Notes under the pieces: model-generated
What the model was told of the DNA's origin: nothing
Database searches by the model: none
The model's input: the letters and a program-made list of their open reading frames with translations, nothing else
Assembly: GCF_009914755.1 (NCBI RefSeq)
Contig: NC_060928.1
Origin: the human T2T-CHM13v2.0 reference genome, Homo sapiens
Length of the DNA stretch: 64,000 nt
Direction: 5' to 3' (one strand)
Program-made: the position numbers and the translations under genes
Shown: positions 28,800 to 42,671 of the stretch, in pieces
Layout: every line of letters begins with the position of its first letter
Numbering within the stretch: position 1 is the stretch's first letter

Positions 28800-29290
28800 A
28801 TTATACCTGAGTCCCCACAGAAGCACATCCTAAGACAAATATTCAAGTGTAAATTTTTACCTAGCGTTAATCCTAGGTGACACTGATAGAAGGGTAGGGA
28901 AGCAAGATAGGGAAGAATGAAAACGTGGTATCAGAGGGATAGTATTAAAAAGTCACCACTGGGGCAACTGGAGCTCATCCCTCTGAAAAACTCAGGAAAA
29001 TAAAAATAGAATGTATGCTTCAGAGTCTTCCTAGAAAAATTGAGGGGGCTGTGTGTTCATACACCAGTTCTTTCCAATTACTCACTGGGGTTTGCTCTCA
29101 GGGAGAAGATGGCACACAAATATGTGGCATTTTCAGATCATTGTATGTACAGACAGTGTGGGTCTTGGAAGACAGAGAGGAAGCCTCAGGGAAAAGGATG
29201 CAGGTGCTGACAGTCAAAATAGTACAGAATTGACTGGAATGGTAAGGATCAAGGAAATATGGGCAACACTTGACTTGGTACAAGCCAGTA
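28800..29290 (-). mobile_element. ERVL LTR, LTR16-like
   Basis: TCCCCACAGAAGCACATCCTAAGACAAATATTCAAGTGTAA...GGGCAACTGGAGCTCATCCC. Confidence 0.6.
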
Positions 29291-29348
29291 CCAGTCATTA
29301 ATGTCATCTATAGAATCAATTAACAAAATGGAAAAAAACCCATATATC

Positions 29349-29350
<2 letters not shown>

Positions 29351-29384
<34 letters not shown>
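29351..29384. repeat. (AT)n microsatellite
   Basis: Direct reading. Confidence 0.95.
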
Positions 29385-29387
<3 letters not shown>

Positions 29388-29435
29388 TTGTGTGAGTATG
29401 TTTGGAGAAGGAAAAATATCAGGAAATTTAACTTA

Positions 29436-29943
<508 letters not shown>

Positions 29944-30113
29944 TACAGTGAGAAAAGCCAACCAACCTCATGCTCTGCACCTCTAGTAACTGGTATCATA
30001 AAGTGTTTACTAAGCTTATGTCTCGCAAACTCTTTATATCACAGGGTTTAAGAGTACTCGTAGCTCAAAGAAAGGTAATACTTGTAGAAACCTGGGAACA
30101 GAAGTGGTGGTAG

Positions 30114-30324
30114 GAAGGGCCTCTTTTATCCCAGAGCCAGAACACAGCTCTTTAAACCTAGGTTCACTCTAGAGATCCCAGCAGTGGGGTGCCCAGATCC
30201 TGACTCAAGTACTCTGCAATTACATTACTAGGTGTCCCATCCTTCTACCCCTGAAAAAGTACACGTTTATATTTATTCTTGGCCAATTTCCAATCTTGAT
30301 CCAAAAGGATAAGCAAAAATGGTG
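30114..30324 (+). repeat. Donor copy of a ~211-bp local direct duplication (second copy 32189-32402)
   Basis: Manual alignment: about 10 substitutions and 2 small indels. Confidence 0.95.
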
Positions 30325-31109
30325 CAAATCCTCTCCGAGACATTATAGAGTCTCAGTGAGTCCCAAGCAATCAATACAAATAAAACAACACCAAGGCATA
30401 TCATTGCCAAATGGCCAAAAGCCAAGATAAAGTGAAATTTCTACAATTAACTAGAGGAGAAAAGGGCATGTCAAAAGCAGGAAACAACAATAGTAATTAT
30501 GGTTAATTTTTCATCAGAAACAATGTGAGGCAGAAGACAGTGGAATGGCAACTTTAAAGTGCTAAGAGGGAGGAAAAAAGTTTCATACTACGATTCTATA
30601 TCATGAAAAAGCATCTACTTAAGAAAAGGTAAAAAAGACAATTTTTGAATCAACTAATAATGAGAGAATTCAATAACAGCAGACTTTCACTATAAGAAAT
30701 GCCAAAGGACATTTGTATTGGAGGTTCTAGCCTGGACAACAGGGCAAGAAAATGTGAAGATGAAACACATAAAAACTGGGATTAATAAAAACAAAGCTGT
30801 ATTTAGATGATCTGATTGTGCACTTACAAAATTCAATGGATTCAACTCAATTTCAATGAAAAATCCCATGTGATTTTTGTAAAATCTGACAAGATGACAT
30901 TAAAATTTATTTGAAAAAGAAGAACCAGGTAGGAGAACTTATATTACCTTATTGCAAGATACACTACAACTACTACTTACAAGAATTAAGACTGTGTGTT
31001 ATTAACATAAACACAGGCAAATAAATTAATAGATTATAACAGAGAACACATAAGTAAACCAGATAAAGGCTTTAGATATATACTTTCAAGTGGTCTTTCA
31101 TTGAGGTGT

Positions 31110-31464
31110 TGATATGATTTGGCTGTGTCCCCACCCAAATCTCACCTTGAATTGTAATCATCCCCACATGTCAAGGGTGGGGCCAGGTGAAGATAATGGA
31201 ATAATGGGGGTGATTTCTCCCATACAGTTCTCATGGTAGTGAATAAGTCTCACTAGATCTGATGGTTTTATAATTGGGAGTTCCCTGCCCAAGCTCTCTT
31301 GCCTGCTGTCATGTAAGATGTGACTTTGCTCCTCATTCACCTTCTGCCATGATTGTCAGGCCTCCCCAGCCATGTAGAACTGTGAGTCAATTAAACCTCT
31401 TTCCTTTATGAATTACCCAGTCTTGGGTATATCTTTATTAGCAGCGTGAGAACAGATTAATACA
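31110..31464 (+). mobile_element. THE1C solo LTR (MaLR)
   Basis: TGATATGATTTGGCTGTGTCCCCACCCAAATCTC...AGCAGCGTGAGAACAGATTAATACA; 5-bp TSD GGTGT/AGTGT. Confidence 0.93.
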
Positions 31465-31770
31465 AGTGTCATAGCAATTCAGTGGGTAATGTAACAGTGT
31501 TTTCAATAATAATGCCAAAAAACTTGTATATCTGTATTTTACAAATTAAAAAAAAGAAGTTTTAAACCATACCTCACCTCATACAAATAACTCAAGATAG
31601 ATTGCAATGCTAAATGTAAAAGCTAATAGTGTAAAAGTTTTAGAAGAAGATACAGAAAATATATTTGTGTCCTTGGTATGAGCAAAGTTTTCTTAGAATT
31701 CAAAAAACAATACCCACTAAAGAAATAAAAATGAAATGAAAAACTTGATTTTATAAAAAATAAAAACTTC

Positions 31771-32572
31771 ATATGGTTATTGGCTGCTTGTATGTCTTCT
31801 TTTGAAAGTATCTGTTCAGGTCCTTTGCTCACTTTATAAAGGGGTTGTTTTTCCTTGTTAATTTGTTTAAGTTTCTTATAGATGCTGGATATTAGACCTT
31901 TGTCAGATGCATAGTTTGCAAAAACATGGAATCAACCTGCATACCCATAAGTGATAGACTGGATAAAGAAAATGTGGTACATATACGCCATGGAATACTA
32001 TGCAGCCATAAAAACAGAGTGAGATCATGTCCTTTGCAGGGACATGGATGCAGCTTGAGGCTATTATCCTTAGCAAACTAATGCAGGAACAGAAAACCAA
32101 ATGCTACATGTTCTCGCTTATAAGTGGGAGTGAAATTATGAGAACACATGGACAGAAAAAGGGGAATACCACACACTGGGGCCTATCAGAAGGGCCTCTT
32201 TTATTCCAGAGCCAGAACACAGCTCTTTAAACCTAGGTTCACTCTAGAGATCTCAGCAGTGGGGTGCCCAGATCCTGACTCAGGTACTCTGCAATTACAT
32301 GACTAGGTATCCCATCCTTCTACCCCTGAAAAAGTACATGTATTTATATTTATTCTTGTCCCAATTTCCAATCTTGATCCAAAGGGGTAGGCAAAAATGG
32401 TGGAGGTTGGGAGGAGAGAGAGGATCAGGAAAAATAACTAATGGGTTATTACTAATGGGGTTAATACCTAAGTGACAAAATAATCTGTACAACAAACCCC
32501 CATGACACAAGTTTACCTATGTAACAAGCCTGCACATGTATTTCTAAACTTAAAATAAAAGTTATAGAAAAG
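31771..32572 (+). mobile_element. L1PA13-16-like element with 5' inversion (31771-~31922 antisense, ~31921-32572 sense)
   Basis: Antisense ORF2 TTGGCTGCTTGTATGTCTTCTTTTGA; sense 3'UTR AATCTGTACAACAAACCCCCATGACACAAGTTTACC; TSD AAAACTTCA. Confidence 0.9.
32189..32402 (+). repeat. Inserted copy of 30114-30324 inside the L1 3'UTR
   Basis: Interrupts L1 GGCCTATCAGAAGGG|TGGAGGTTGGGAGG. Confidence 0.95.
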
Positions 32573-34489
32573 AAAACTTCAGCTCATCAAATGTTAACTT
32601 TGAAGAGATAAGTCACAGATTGGAAGAAATAATTTATAATTGTATATCTGACAATAAACCTGTTTCCTTAATATGCAAAGAACACTTACAGCTCAATAAT
32701 AAAAAAATAAAAAATAATTTAAAAGTAGTGAGCAAAAGACTTGGGTAGCTACTTCACAAAAGAGGATATATGAATGTTTAATAAGAACATGAACAGATAT
32801 TCATCAAGGTTAGATAGTAGAGAAATATAAATTGCAGTCACAGTGAAATATCATTATACACCAACTGGAATGGCTCAAATTTAAACGATTTAGAATATCA
32901 AATTTTGGAGAGACTGCAAAAGGACTGCAACTGTGATACACTGTGAGTGGGAATGTAAAACAGCAACTTTGGAAAACTGTATGCCAATTTCTTGTAATGT
33001 TAAGTGTACATTTTATAATCATCCATTTCTCTCCTAGATATTTAACACAAAGAAATGGAAACATCTGTTTACAAGCAAGAACTTTACGAGAATATTGATT
33101 GCATTCTTATTTGAAATAGTGAAAAAATCCAAATGTCCATTAACAAAGGAATGAATAAACATAAATATGTCAATGAATATAACACAGATGAATGACAAAA
33201 ATATCAGACACAAGGATCATACTGTACGCTTCCTCTGATATGAAATTTAAGAACAGGTAAAACTCATCTATAGTAATAGAAATGAAGAAAGCAATAGCCT
33301 CTGGAGGTGGGCTGGGAGTAAGGTGCCAGGTGGCAGGTGGATTTGACTGGAAATGCAGAAAAAATTACAGAACTGTCTGTGGCAATGAAAACTTTAAATA
33401 TCTTCATTGTGATTGTGGTTATAGGAGTGTATGCATTTGTTAAAATGCACCAAATTGTACACTTTAATACTGACAGTATTAATACTCAGTTACATAAAAT
33501 AGGTTATATTAAAATAAAATTAAGTTAAAAATCAAGCAAGCACACAAAAGAAAGAAAAACGAGAGGCCATATTCAATGACACTAGCATGAGCATGCATTT
33601 AGAAAATTTCACTTGCCCATCGAAAGAGATGCTAAGATTATGGCTCACTTTCCCAAATTACTTATACAGGCCTATGAACTAAATAAGACATTGAGGGGTT
33701 TCAACCAAAAGATGCATCATATTCTTGCTGGTAACCAAAAGCTATGTAAAGTGCCTTTCAGAATAGATTTCAGGAAAAGACATAAGAAAGAGCAATTTCC
33801 CTGTGGCGGTGAGCAACAGCCACTCACTCGGGTTTCCCTCCTCCGATTTTCCTGCAGAAGACCACGTTGAGAAGTGCCTGGTAGGAACAGGCTGAGAATG
33901 TTAAAAGTTGAAATGCAGCATGCCTCATCACTCATTCTCTTTCAGCAGCATTGGTGGCAATGCAGAACTCCTAGTTCAGAGGGGGCTAGGCATGGGAAGA
34001 TGTGGCAGCCACCATCTGGGTGGACTCACAGGGAAACAACCTCAGATCTTTGCTTGTCAGAAGCAAATATCTTTGGACTTGGTGTTAAAATGGGGCAAAT
34101 ATGGATGCCTATTTCTTCAGCGTTGCTGAACCTTGGTGCCATGTGCCCCAGTTGGAGCCACTGACAGTCCTTAAAAGCTGTTTTATTCCCTCCATGTGTG
34201 CTGGGGAAATGCACCTTTACTGGATTTCAGGTAAATCATCCATTTTCCCCAGCTGGCTCCTCTGCAGCCTTTTAGGGCTTGGTCTTCTCTGATGGTATCA
34301 TCAGAAGCTCTATGTTTGTTCACCCACTGGTAGTGGCACAGATCTCAGAAGGTTTTGATAGAGCAGAGACAGATTTGAGTGTCACCACCATTCCCCATTC
34401 TGTTTTCTCAAAAATGTCCCTGACTGTGAAAAGATGGGCCATGTCAAGGATGAATGCATATGAGAAAGAGCAAGTCTTCAGGAAGAAGT

Positions 34490-34700
34490 GCATCTGATTC
34501 TAAAACCTCGTTCTGCTGTTAAGTTGAGCCAGAAGTAGAATCAATTGAGCCTCAATTTCCACCACTGTGCAATGAGCATACCAATGCCTACTTTATAAGG
34601 TTGTGGTAATTTAATTTAATTATATTTAAATGAGAGAGAGAGAACCAGCTCAAACGATGATTTCTGGCATACTGTTGGTGTTCTATCCACCTTAGCTCCT
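34490..34700 (+). mobile_element. MIR fragment
   Basis: TGAGCCTCAATTTCCACCACTGTGCAATGAG...CCTACTTTATAAGGTTGTGGT. Confidence 0.65.
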
Positions 34701-35089
34701 ACTGTGCTGTCTAGCTTTCTCGGCAGAAAAATTCATCAATGGTAATCTAAGTAACTGAATAGATTCATTTGCTTTCAAGAATGCTTCTCCATCCTTTCAG
34801 CATGCAAGTTCTTATACTCACTCATTTACCCACAATTCGGTTTTGTATTTATTTTTTTCTAGCTTTATTGAGGTATAATTGGTATACAAAAAACTGGCAC
34901 TTAAAAATTTGTTAAGAGGGTAAATTTCAGTCCTTTAATTGACTCATGTTACGTATTCCCATGCTGTTTACTTTACACTAGCCAAAACAAACAACAAAAA
35001 TTCTTCTTTATGGAGACTGCTTAGAGAGCATGATTCTCATTATTGAAACTTACATTCATGTGTAATTTTAAAATTCTCAAGTTGCTGTG

Positions 35090-35892
35090 TGCCATGGTCT
35101 GAAAATCTGTGTCCCTCCAAAATTCATAAGTTGAAATACTAACTCCTGAAATGATGATATTAGGACATGGGGCCTCTGGGAGGTGATTAGGTGATGAGGG
35201 TGAAGCACTCATAAATGGGATTTGTGTCTTTAAAAAAGAGACCCCAGAGAGCCACTCTGCTCCTTCCACCACGTGGGGCCCAATGAGAAGGTGCCATCTA
35301 TGAGCCAGGAGATGGGCTTACACCAGACTGAAACTCCAGGTGTATTCGTCAACTTTTGTGTTACTATAAAGGAATACCGAGACTGGGTAATTGATAAAGA
35401 AAAGAGGTTTAATTGGCTCACAGTTCTGCAGGCTGTACAGGAAGTGTGGTGCTGGCATCTGCTTCTGGTGAGGGCCTCAGTAAGCTTCCAGTCATGGTGA
35501 GAAGTGCAGGGAGAGCCAGTGTATCCCATGGCAAGAGTGGGAGCAAGAGAGAGACGGGAGTTCCCCGACTTTTAAACAACTAGGTGTCATGTGAACTAAC
35601 TGAGTGAGACCTCACTTATTACAAAGGGGATGGTGCTATGGTTTATATAATAATGGTTTATTCATGAGGGATCTGCCCACAGGATCCAATGACCTCCTAC
35701 CAGGCTCCACTTCCAACACTGAGGATTGCATTTCAACATGAGATTTGATGGGGACAAACACCCAAACTATATCAGCCAGTGCATGATCTTGGACTTTCCA
35801 GGATCTAGAACTATGAGAAATACATATTTATTGTTCATAAACCACCTAGTTTACGATATTTTTGTTAATAGCAAGCTGAATGGATTAAGACA
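35090..35892 (+). mobile_element. MLT1A solo LTR split by MSTB
   Basis: TGCCATGGTCTGAAAATCTGTGTCCCTCCAAAATTCATA...; resumes at 35775 (TGATCTTGGACTTTCCAG) to GGATTAAGACA. Confidence 0.9.
35341..35774 (-). mobile_element. MSTB-like solo LTR
   Basis: CTATAAAGGAATACCGAGACTGGGTAATT...GGCATCTGCTTCTGGTGAGGGCCTCAG...CCAAACTATATCA. Confidence 0.9.
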
Positions 35893-37127
35893 CCTTCATA
35901 TTGGCGCATATGAATTCAATGATCTTATAATTTTATTGAACAAATTAGGTCATTTTTGAGAATAAAAAGGCATAATAATTAAGCAGAGGCATCAAACAAA
36001 CTAGCATTGTTCTAGGCCTACTGAACATATGATCACCCTAACATGAGTCTGAAGCCTCTTTGGGACAATCATCAATCTTCCTTATGAGATGACAAAATTG
36101 AGGGTCAGGAAGGCGACATATTTTGCTCAAGATTATCTAATTAGTAAGTGGCAGGGTCAGAATTTAAATGCAGATGACCTGAATCCAAAACTTGTAATTT
36201 TTCTAGAATAATAAAAAAAATTTGAGAGTCATGGGAATGTCTGCATTCTTTGTTTTGTTGGAATTTTGCTGTATTAACTATTACATTGGCTAGAATTCAA
36301 ATACTTTTTCATGTATAGCTTTTTGGCATGGACTTCACTGTAGTCAGACTTAAGAAGCACTATAACTATCTTTGCCCACTGGGGTACTATTAAGTACTCT
36401 ATGGCATTATGGAAATTCAAATTTCCCTAGCTAGACGTAATCTTTGCTAGTGCATTGAAATATAATCTCATAGCCTGATACTTAAGGCCCATCATTATTA
36501 GAACAGAACTCTTTCCTCTCTATGATTTAAAAGAGAGGAGAACATCAGCTGTTCTCCTTCAGGGGCATAGGTGTGGGAGGGGATATTTCTGGCCTCTCTC
36601 TTTTCATTGTCTTCCTCACACTTTATCCAATGAGTTAATAAACCTGGACAAAGCCAGAGCCTGCCTTCCAGAAGTAGGTCAGTGTTCCTGAGCAGGGTAC
36701 CCATCCTGATGGCCCTATGGCCTCTGCATGCATGATTCAGCAGCCAGGGCCAGGCCTCCAAATTCCAGGGGTATCAGGGACAAGAAAAATGCACTTGTTC
36801 CTTTCATTGTAGTGTTCACCAGAGGCCTCTGAATTGGAAGTCATAGACGGCTTGCAAAAATTGATAGGATTGGTACTTCGTTCCCATTTGGCTAACTTCC
36901 ATGCACATTGGCTTTATAGGCCAGAAGCACGGAGAGGAGGAAGAACAAAGGGATTGGTGCCTGAAAGCCTGTTGAGCCCCACCAATATATTCATCAGTGC
37001 ATTTTTTTTTTTTTTGGCCATCAAGCCCATAAAATAACTTGTCCTACTGAAGCATAGCATGAATTTTATGATCCCATAACTTTGCAGCTTCTTGTCCTGA
37101 AATGGCTATACATGCCACTAAGGCCAG

Positions 37128-37562
37128 TGTATTAGTTTTCAGTTCTGCCAAAACAAAGTAGCACAAACTGGGTGTCTTATAACAATAGAAATTTATTCTC
37201 TCATAGTTCTGGAGACAAGAAGTGTGCAATCAAGTTGGTGGCCGAGCTATGTTACCTGTGAAGGCTCTAGGAGAGGATCCTGGCTTGCCTCTTGCTAGCT
37301 TCTCACAGTTGCAGATAATCCATGGTGCTCCTTGGTTTGTAGATGCATCACTCCAATCTCTGCCTCTGTTTTCACAAGGTGACCTCCCTTGTATCCTAAT
37401 AAGGACAGAAAACATTGGATTAGGGTCCACCTTAATCCAGTAGGAACCCAACCTAGGTTGGTTATGTCTATATAGACCCTATTTCCTGATAAGGTCACTC
37501 ACAGCTACTGGGAATTAGGGCGTTAATGTATCTTCTTAGGCGACATAAATTAACCCGACACA
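37128..37562 (-). mobile_element. MLT1C solo LTR
   Basis: TGTATTAGTTTTC...TGTAGATGCATCACTCCAATCTCTGCCTC; perfect 5-bp TSD GCCAG. Confidence 0.92.
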
Positions 37563-37767
37563 GCCAGGATCCCTAGTTGTATTATCAGATCCGAACTTTT
37601 CTCACCTTTCCAAGAACATCACTGTAACTATTCTTCCCTCTCTTCCAGCATCATTAGCTCTCCTCTCCCTCTACAAGTCCTTCTTAATCAGGGTACAACA
37701 TGTGGGGATGTTTTTGCATATTGAAACAAAACGAACACACACACAAAACTCTCTTGACCTCTGAAAG

Positions 37768-37811
37768 GTATTAGGGTTCTCAAGAGAAGCAGAATTGATA
37801 GGACGTAGATA

Positions 37812-37842
<31 letters not shown>

Positions 37843-38297
37843 TCTATAGATGGAGATTAATTGCAAGGACTTGTCTCATGTAATCATGGAGGCTGACAAG
37901 TCCCAAAATTTGCAGGATGGTTTGGCAAGCTGATGACCCAGGAGAGCTGATAGTGTAATTCTAGTTCAGTGTGCTTGAGACCCAGGAAGAGCCAGTGTTC
38001 CAGTTTGTATCCAAAGACAGGAAAAACAAACGTCTATGTCCTACTTTGAATGCTGTCAGGCAGAAACAATTCTCTATTACTTGGGGGAGGATCAGTCTTT
38101 TCATTATATCAAGGCCTTCACCTGATTGGATGAGACCCTCCCACATAGGGAAAAATAATCTGCTATATTCAGCCTACTGATTTAAATGTTAGTCTCATGG
38201 TAAAAATAACTTTGCAGAAACAACTAGGATAATTTTTGACCAAATATCTGAGCACCTTATGACCCAATGAAATTGACACATAAAATTAACCATCGCA
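37768..38297 (-). mobile_element. MLT2B-like ERVL LTR with internal (GA)n
   Basis: GTATTAGGGTTCTC...CTGATTGGATGAGACCCTCCCACAT...TTGACACATAAAATTAACCATC. Confidence 0.9.
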
Positions 38298-38709
38298 ATC
38301 TCCCTTTCCTCTTCACCATTTTTCTTTTTGACTTTGTAACAAAACTTCTCAAAGTGATGACTTTACTTATTGTCTCTAATTTTTTTACCTTTCATTCATG
38401 CCTGAACCCATTCCAGTTAGACTTTCCTCCACAACCACAGAAAATGCTTTTGTCAAGGACCTGTGGCCTTTTCCTACTGGATGCTGTGGTCAAGTCATAG
38501 TTGACTAGGAGGGAAACCCCATTAAAGCAGGGATATTTATCTGTTGTGTTGGTTGTTGCACCTCTACCTCTCAGGACAGCACAAAACACATAGTAGGACC
38601 TCAATTAACATTTGTTGTATTATTAATAAAAAAGTAACTACTATTTGGCTCAGAACCAGTATTTGTCACATCTGATTGTTTTTCTTCTCCTTTAAACTGT
38701 GTCTCCCCT

Positions 38710-39145
<436 letters not shown>

Positions 39146-40334
39146 TTAGTTTAGAGAGATTGAGGGTTCAGTTCTTGGTCTTTTTATTTTCTATGTCTCA
39201 TTCCCTAAGGCATTCATTATACAATTTTAAATCCTAGCCATATGCTGATGACTCCTTGTGTCTTTGGTCCAAATTTCTTTCTTGAACTCAAGACTTCCAC
39301 ACTCAAGTTCCTGCTTACATATTCATATTTTTCCTAAAGATTTTAAAAGCCTCTTCAACTAAAATTAACCACCCCTACCTGTGGCTTTTCAATAAACCTT
39401 ACTTTTATACTTTGTTGAATGCCTTCTACATCCTAGATTCACATATGTTCTATGATTTAATAATTTATTCCAACCAGTAGTGCAATGCCTATGAACTTTT
39501 AATAAATGTTTTGTGAAGAATGTATAAATTCTCACTAAAGTCCTATAAAGTAAAAAATTATCATTCCTAATATAATGAAGAAAATGTGTTTCAATAGCAT
39601 TAAGCATCTTGTAGAAGGATTTATAGCTGGTAAATTGACTCAGGGTGAAACTCAAGGCCTTTGACTCTAATTCCAGTGCTTTCTCCACTTCAGCACACTC
39701 TTCAACCATATGGGTCATAGTCCCCAGTTTAGACGTCAGTGAACAAGTTGCCTGCATGGGCTGTCACCCCAGTGCTTTTTATTCAATAGGAGAGAGATTG
39801 AGCGACTTTATGTTTTGCAAACAAAAGGTTATAAACTTAGTGTTACTAAATGAAAACCTTGTATTACTTACATGTTTGGCTTTATAATTTTCCCTTTTAT
39901 TGTTATGAGAAGACATACAAGTAGATAAAGTAAGTGTGGTAAAGAAAGGAAGACTGGTATTTCCAGCTGTCAAATCACTCAGAAGTGGAAATAAAAGAAA
40001 ACCAGACAAAAACAAAAATAAAAGTAGTGAGAAGGGTGAAAGACCGATGGTAAGAAAAGTGTAATAGAACGTTAAAGAGAAGAAAGCTAAGTCTTAGAGA
40101 GTTCTCTAATGTCTAAGGGCAATTTTAGTGTAAAATACTATCTAGTAACTGGTTTAAAATATTCTAGTTAATGGGATAGGCATATGTATATTATAATTTT
40201 TCAAAACAATTCCACCAAATTACCTTTTACAATTACACATGCTTTTCTATCACTAGCTCTTGGTTTAATCCAAACAGAAATCAATTCTCAGGTTTATGGC
40301 CAAAAATATTATAGTTAAACCGCATTTTGAAATC

Positions 40335-40830
40335 ACAATAGACATGTTTTCACACCTGATCACAATGGAGTAATAAGGATAGACCTATCCTCTCTCCTAG
40401 AACAAACAAACCTTTTAAAAAAAGACACAATGCTTTTCAAGACATGGAACATCAGACAATGAAAGATAGTGATCACTGCGAGACAGGAAATGAATGAGTA
40501 AGGAGTATGCTTGCCTCAGCTTACTGCAGTAATTTATATTCCCAGTGAGTTCAATACTGTGACTTATATATTTATCCATTCTACAAGTATACACTGAGAT
40601 TCTGCTGTGTAGAAGACTCTGTTGTAGGAGCTTGAATAAAAATGATATACAAACCAGAAAGGTAGGGTAGCTGCATAAACTTTTGCACATTGTTCACTGC
40701 GTAAGAGTGACCTGCAAAGGTTAAGTATTGGTGGAAATTCCACCAGGCTCCACTCCATAGTCTATGGAGGCTGCATCTACTCAAGGAGACTCCTACTTCT
40801 GATTCACACAAAGGGCTTGTAGTAGAGTCT
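40335..40830 (+). mobile_element. Old L1M 5'-region fragment
   Basis: TTTTCAAGACATGGAACATCAGACAATGAAAGATAGTGATCACTGCGAGA...CCTCAGCTTACTGC. Confidence 0.5.
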
Positions 40831-41005
40831 TATACACATGGTTTGTATTCTTATTTAGCTTGCACTCTAGTGGTAGAGACATATAATAAACACATAAAGA
40901 GGACAATTATAAGTGATAAGTGTGATATAGAGAATTAAAATAGGATGCTGAGAAAGAAAGTCATAAGGGGGTACCTTATTTATTTGTTTACTAATTTCTT
41001 CATCT

Positions 41006-41170
41006 CATTACTTTTAATTAATTTGAAAGATAATATGGATATTTAAAAAGTCAAAGGGGAAAAGAGAATACAGAAAAAATCAATGGACTTGCATTACTTT
41101 TAATTAATTTAAAAGATACTACGTATGTTTAAAAAGTCAAAGGGGAAAAGAGAATACATAAAAAATCAAT
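41006..41170 (+). repeat. 79-bp tandem duplication with a 7-nt spacer
   Basis: 41006-41084 vs 41092-41170: 73/79 identical; spacer GGACTTG. Confidence 0.93.
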
Positions 41171-41174
41171 TCTT

Positions 41175-41654
41175 ATATATGTTTATTTTTATTGGCACAT
41201 AATATTTGTAGATATTTATGGGGTACATGTGATATTTTGCTACATGCATAGGACGTATTATGATGAAGTTAGTGTATTTAGCGTATTCATCACCTCAAGC
41301 ATTTATCATTTCTAAGTTTTGAGACTATTTCAAGTCCTCTTCTCTAGCTACTTGGAAACAATACATTATTGTTAATTACAGTCGCTCTATGCTGAAAGCA
41401 AATGTTAGGTCTTATTCCTTCTATCTAACTCTATGTTTATACCTGTGAACTAACATTTCTTCGTCCTCCCTACCCACAATCCAAACATCCTTCCCAGCCT
41501 ATGGTATCTATCATTCTACTCTCTATCTAATTGTGGCATATATACACAATAAAATATCATTTGGCTATTAAAAAAGAGTGAAATTGTGTCATCTGCAGCA
41601 ACGTGGACAGAACTGGAGGCCATTATATTAAGTGAAATAAGCCAGGTACAGAAA
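41175..41654 (-). mobile_element. L1MA (1-5-like) truncated, with 5' inversion at ~41529
   Basis: Antisense 3'UTR ATTTATGGGGTACATGTGATATTTTG; sense block GAACTGGAGGCCATTATATTAAGTGAAATAAGCCAG; TSD-like AAAAA(T/G)CAATTCTT. Confidence 0.85.
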
Positions 41655-42264
41655 AAAAAGCAATTCTTTATCCTTTTTTGCCTCCATGCCAGATCTCAAC
41701 TTGCCAGTTCTTTTCTCCAGAGAAAATTAGGGTTATTAGGGTTACTAATTTCTCCTGCAGTCATACATAGATATTTTGTGTATATAAAACCATACATGTG
41801 TATGTTTAAAAATAGTCTCCACAAATGAGAACATGCTAAAAACATGGTTCTGTTTCTAGCTTTTCCTCCTGAAAATATATTGCAGATAATTCCAATTCAG
41901 CGTATAGAGCTGTTTCCTTCTTTCAAATGTCTGCTAATTCAACATTGAAAGAAGAATTCTTGGTTTATTTAATCAGTATTTTGTTGTTGTTGTTGTTTAA
42001 TTAATAGAGATTTAGGTCTTGTCCAATCTGTTGCTGTTAAAAAAACAAAGTGGTATTGTACATTGTTGAACATATGTCATTTCACACACGTGCAAGTTTT
42101 CTCTATGGAATAACTTCCTAAAACTGAAATTGCTGAGTTGAAATTTGAGCTCTAATTTAATAGGAATTGCTGTCTAATTTTCCCTGAAGTTGTACCAATA
42201 TAAACTTCTATCAGCAATATACAAATGTGTTTTATAATTTCCACATGTATTATCAAACTATTAG

Positions 42265-42671
<407 letters not shown>

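Larger units (their letters stand above)
30345..33530 (+). mobile_element. Ancient L1M (ORF1 piece, deleted ORF2, L1MC/ME-type 3' end) hosting THE1C and a younger L1
   Basis: TCATCAGAAACAATG...GCAGAAGACAGTGGAATG (ORF1), GTATTGGAGGTTCTAGCC (ORF2), GCATTTGTTAAAATGCACCAAATTGTACAC (3'UTR). Confidence 0.8.

Noticed and set aside
32189-32402. L1 3' transduction or processed pseudogene
   Set aside because: Insert is internal to the 3'UTR, has no poly-A or TSD, and its donor is 2 kb away in cis
33613-34497. Dense overlapping short ORFs in a relatively unique segment
   Set aside because: No recognisable domain, many non-ATG starts and no consistent exon structure; consistent with chance
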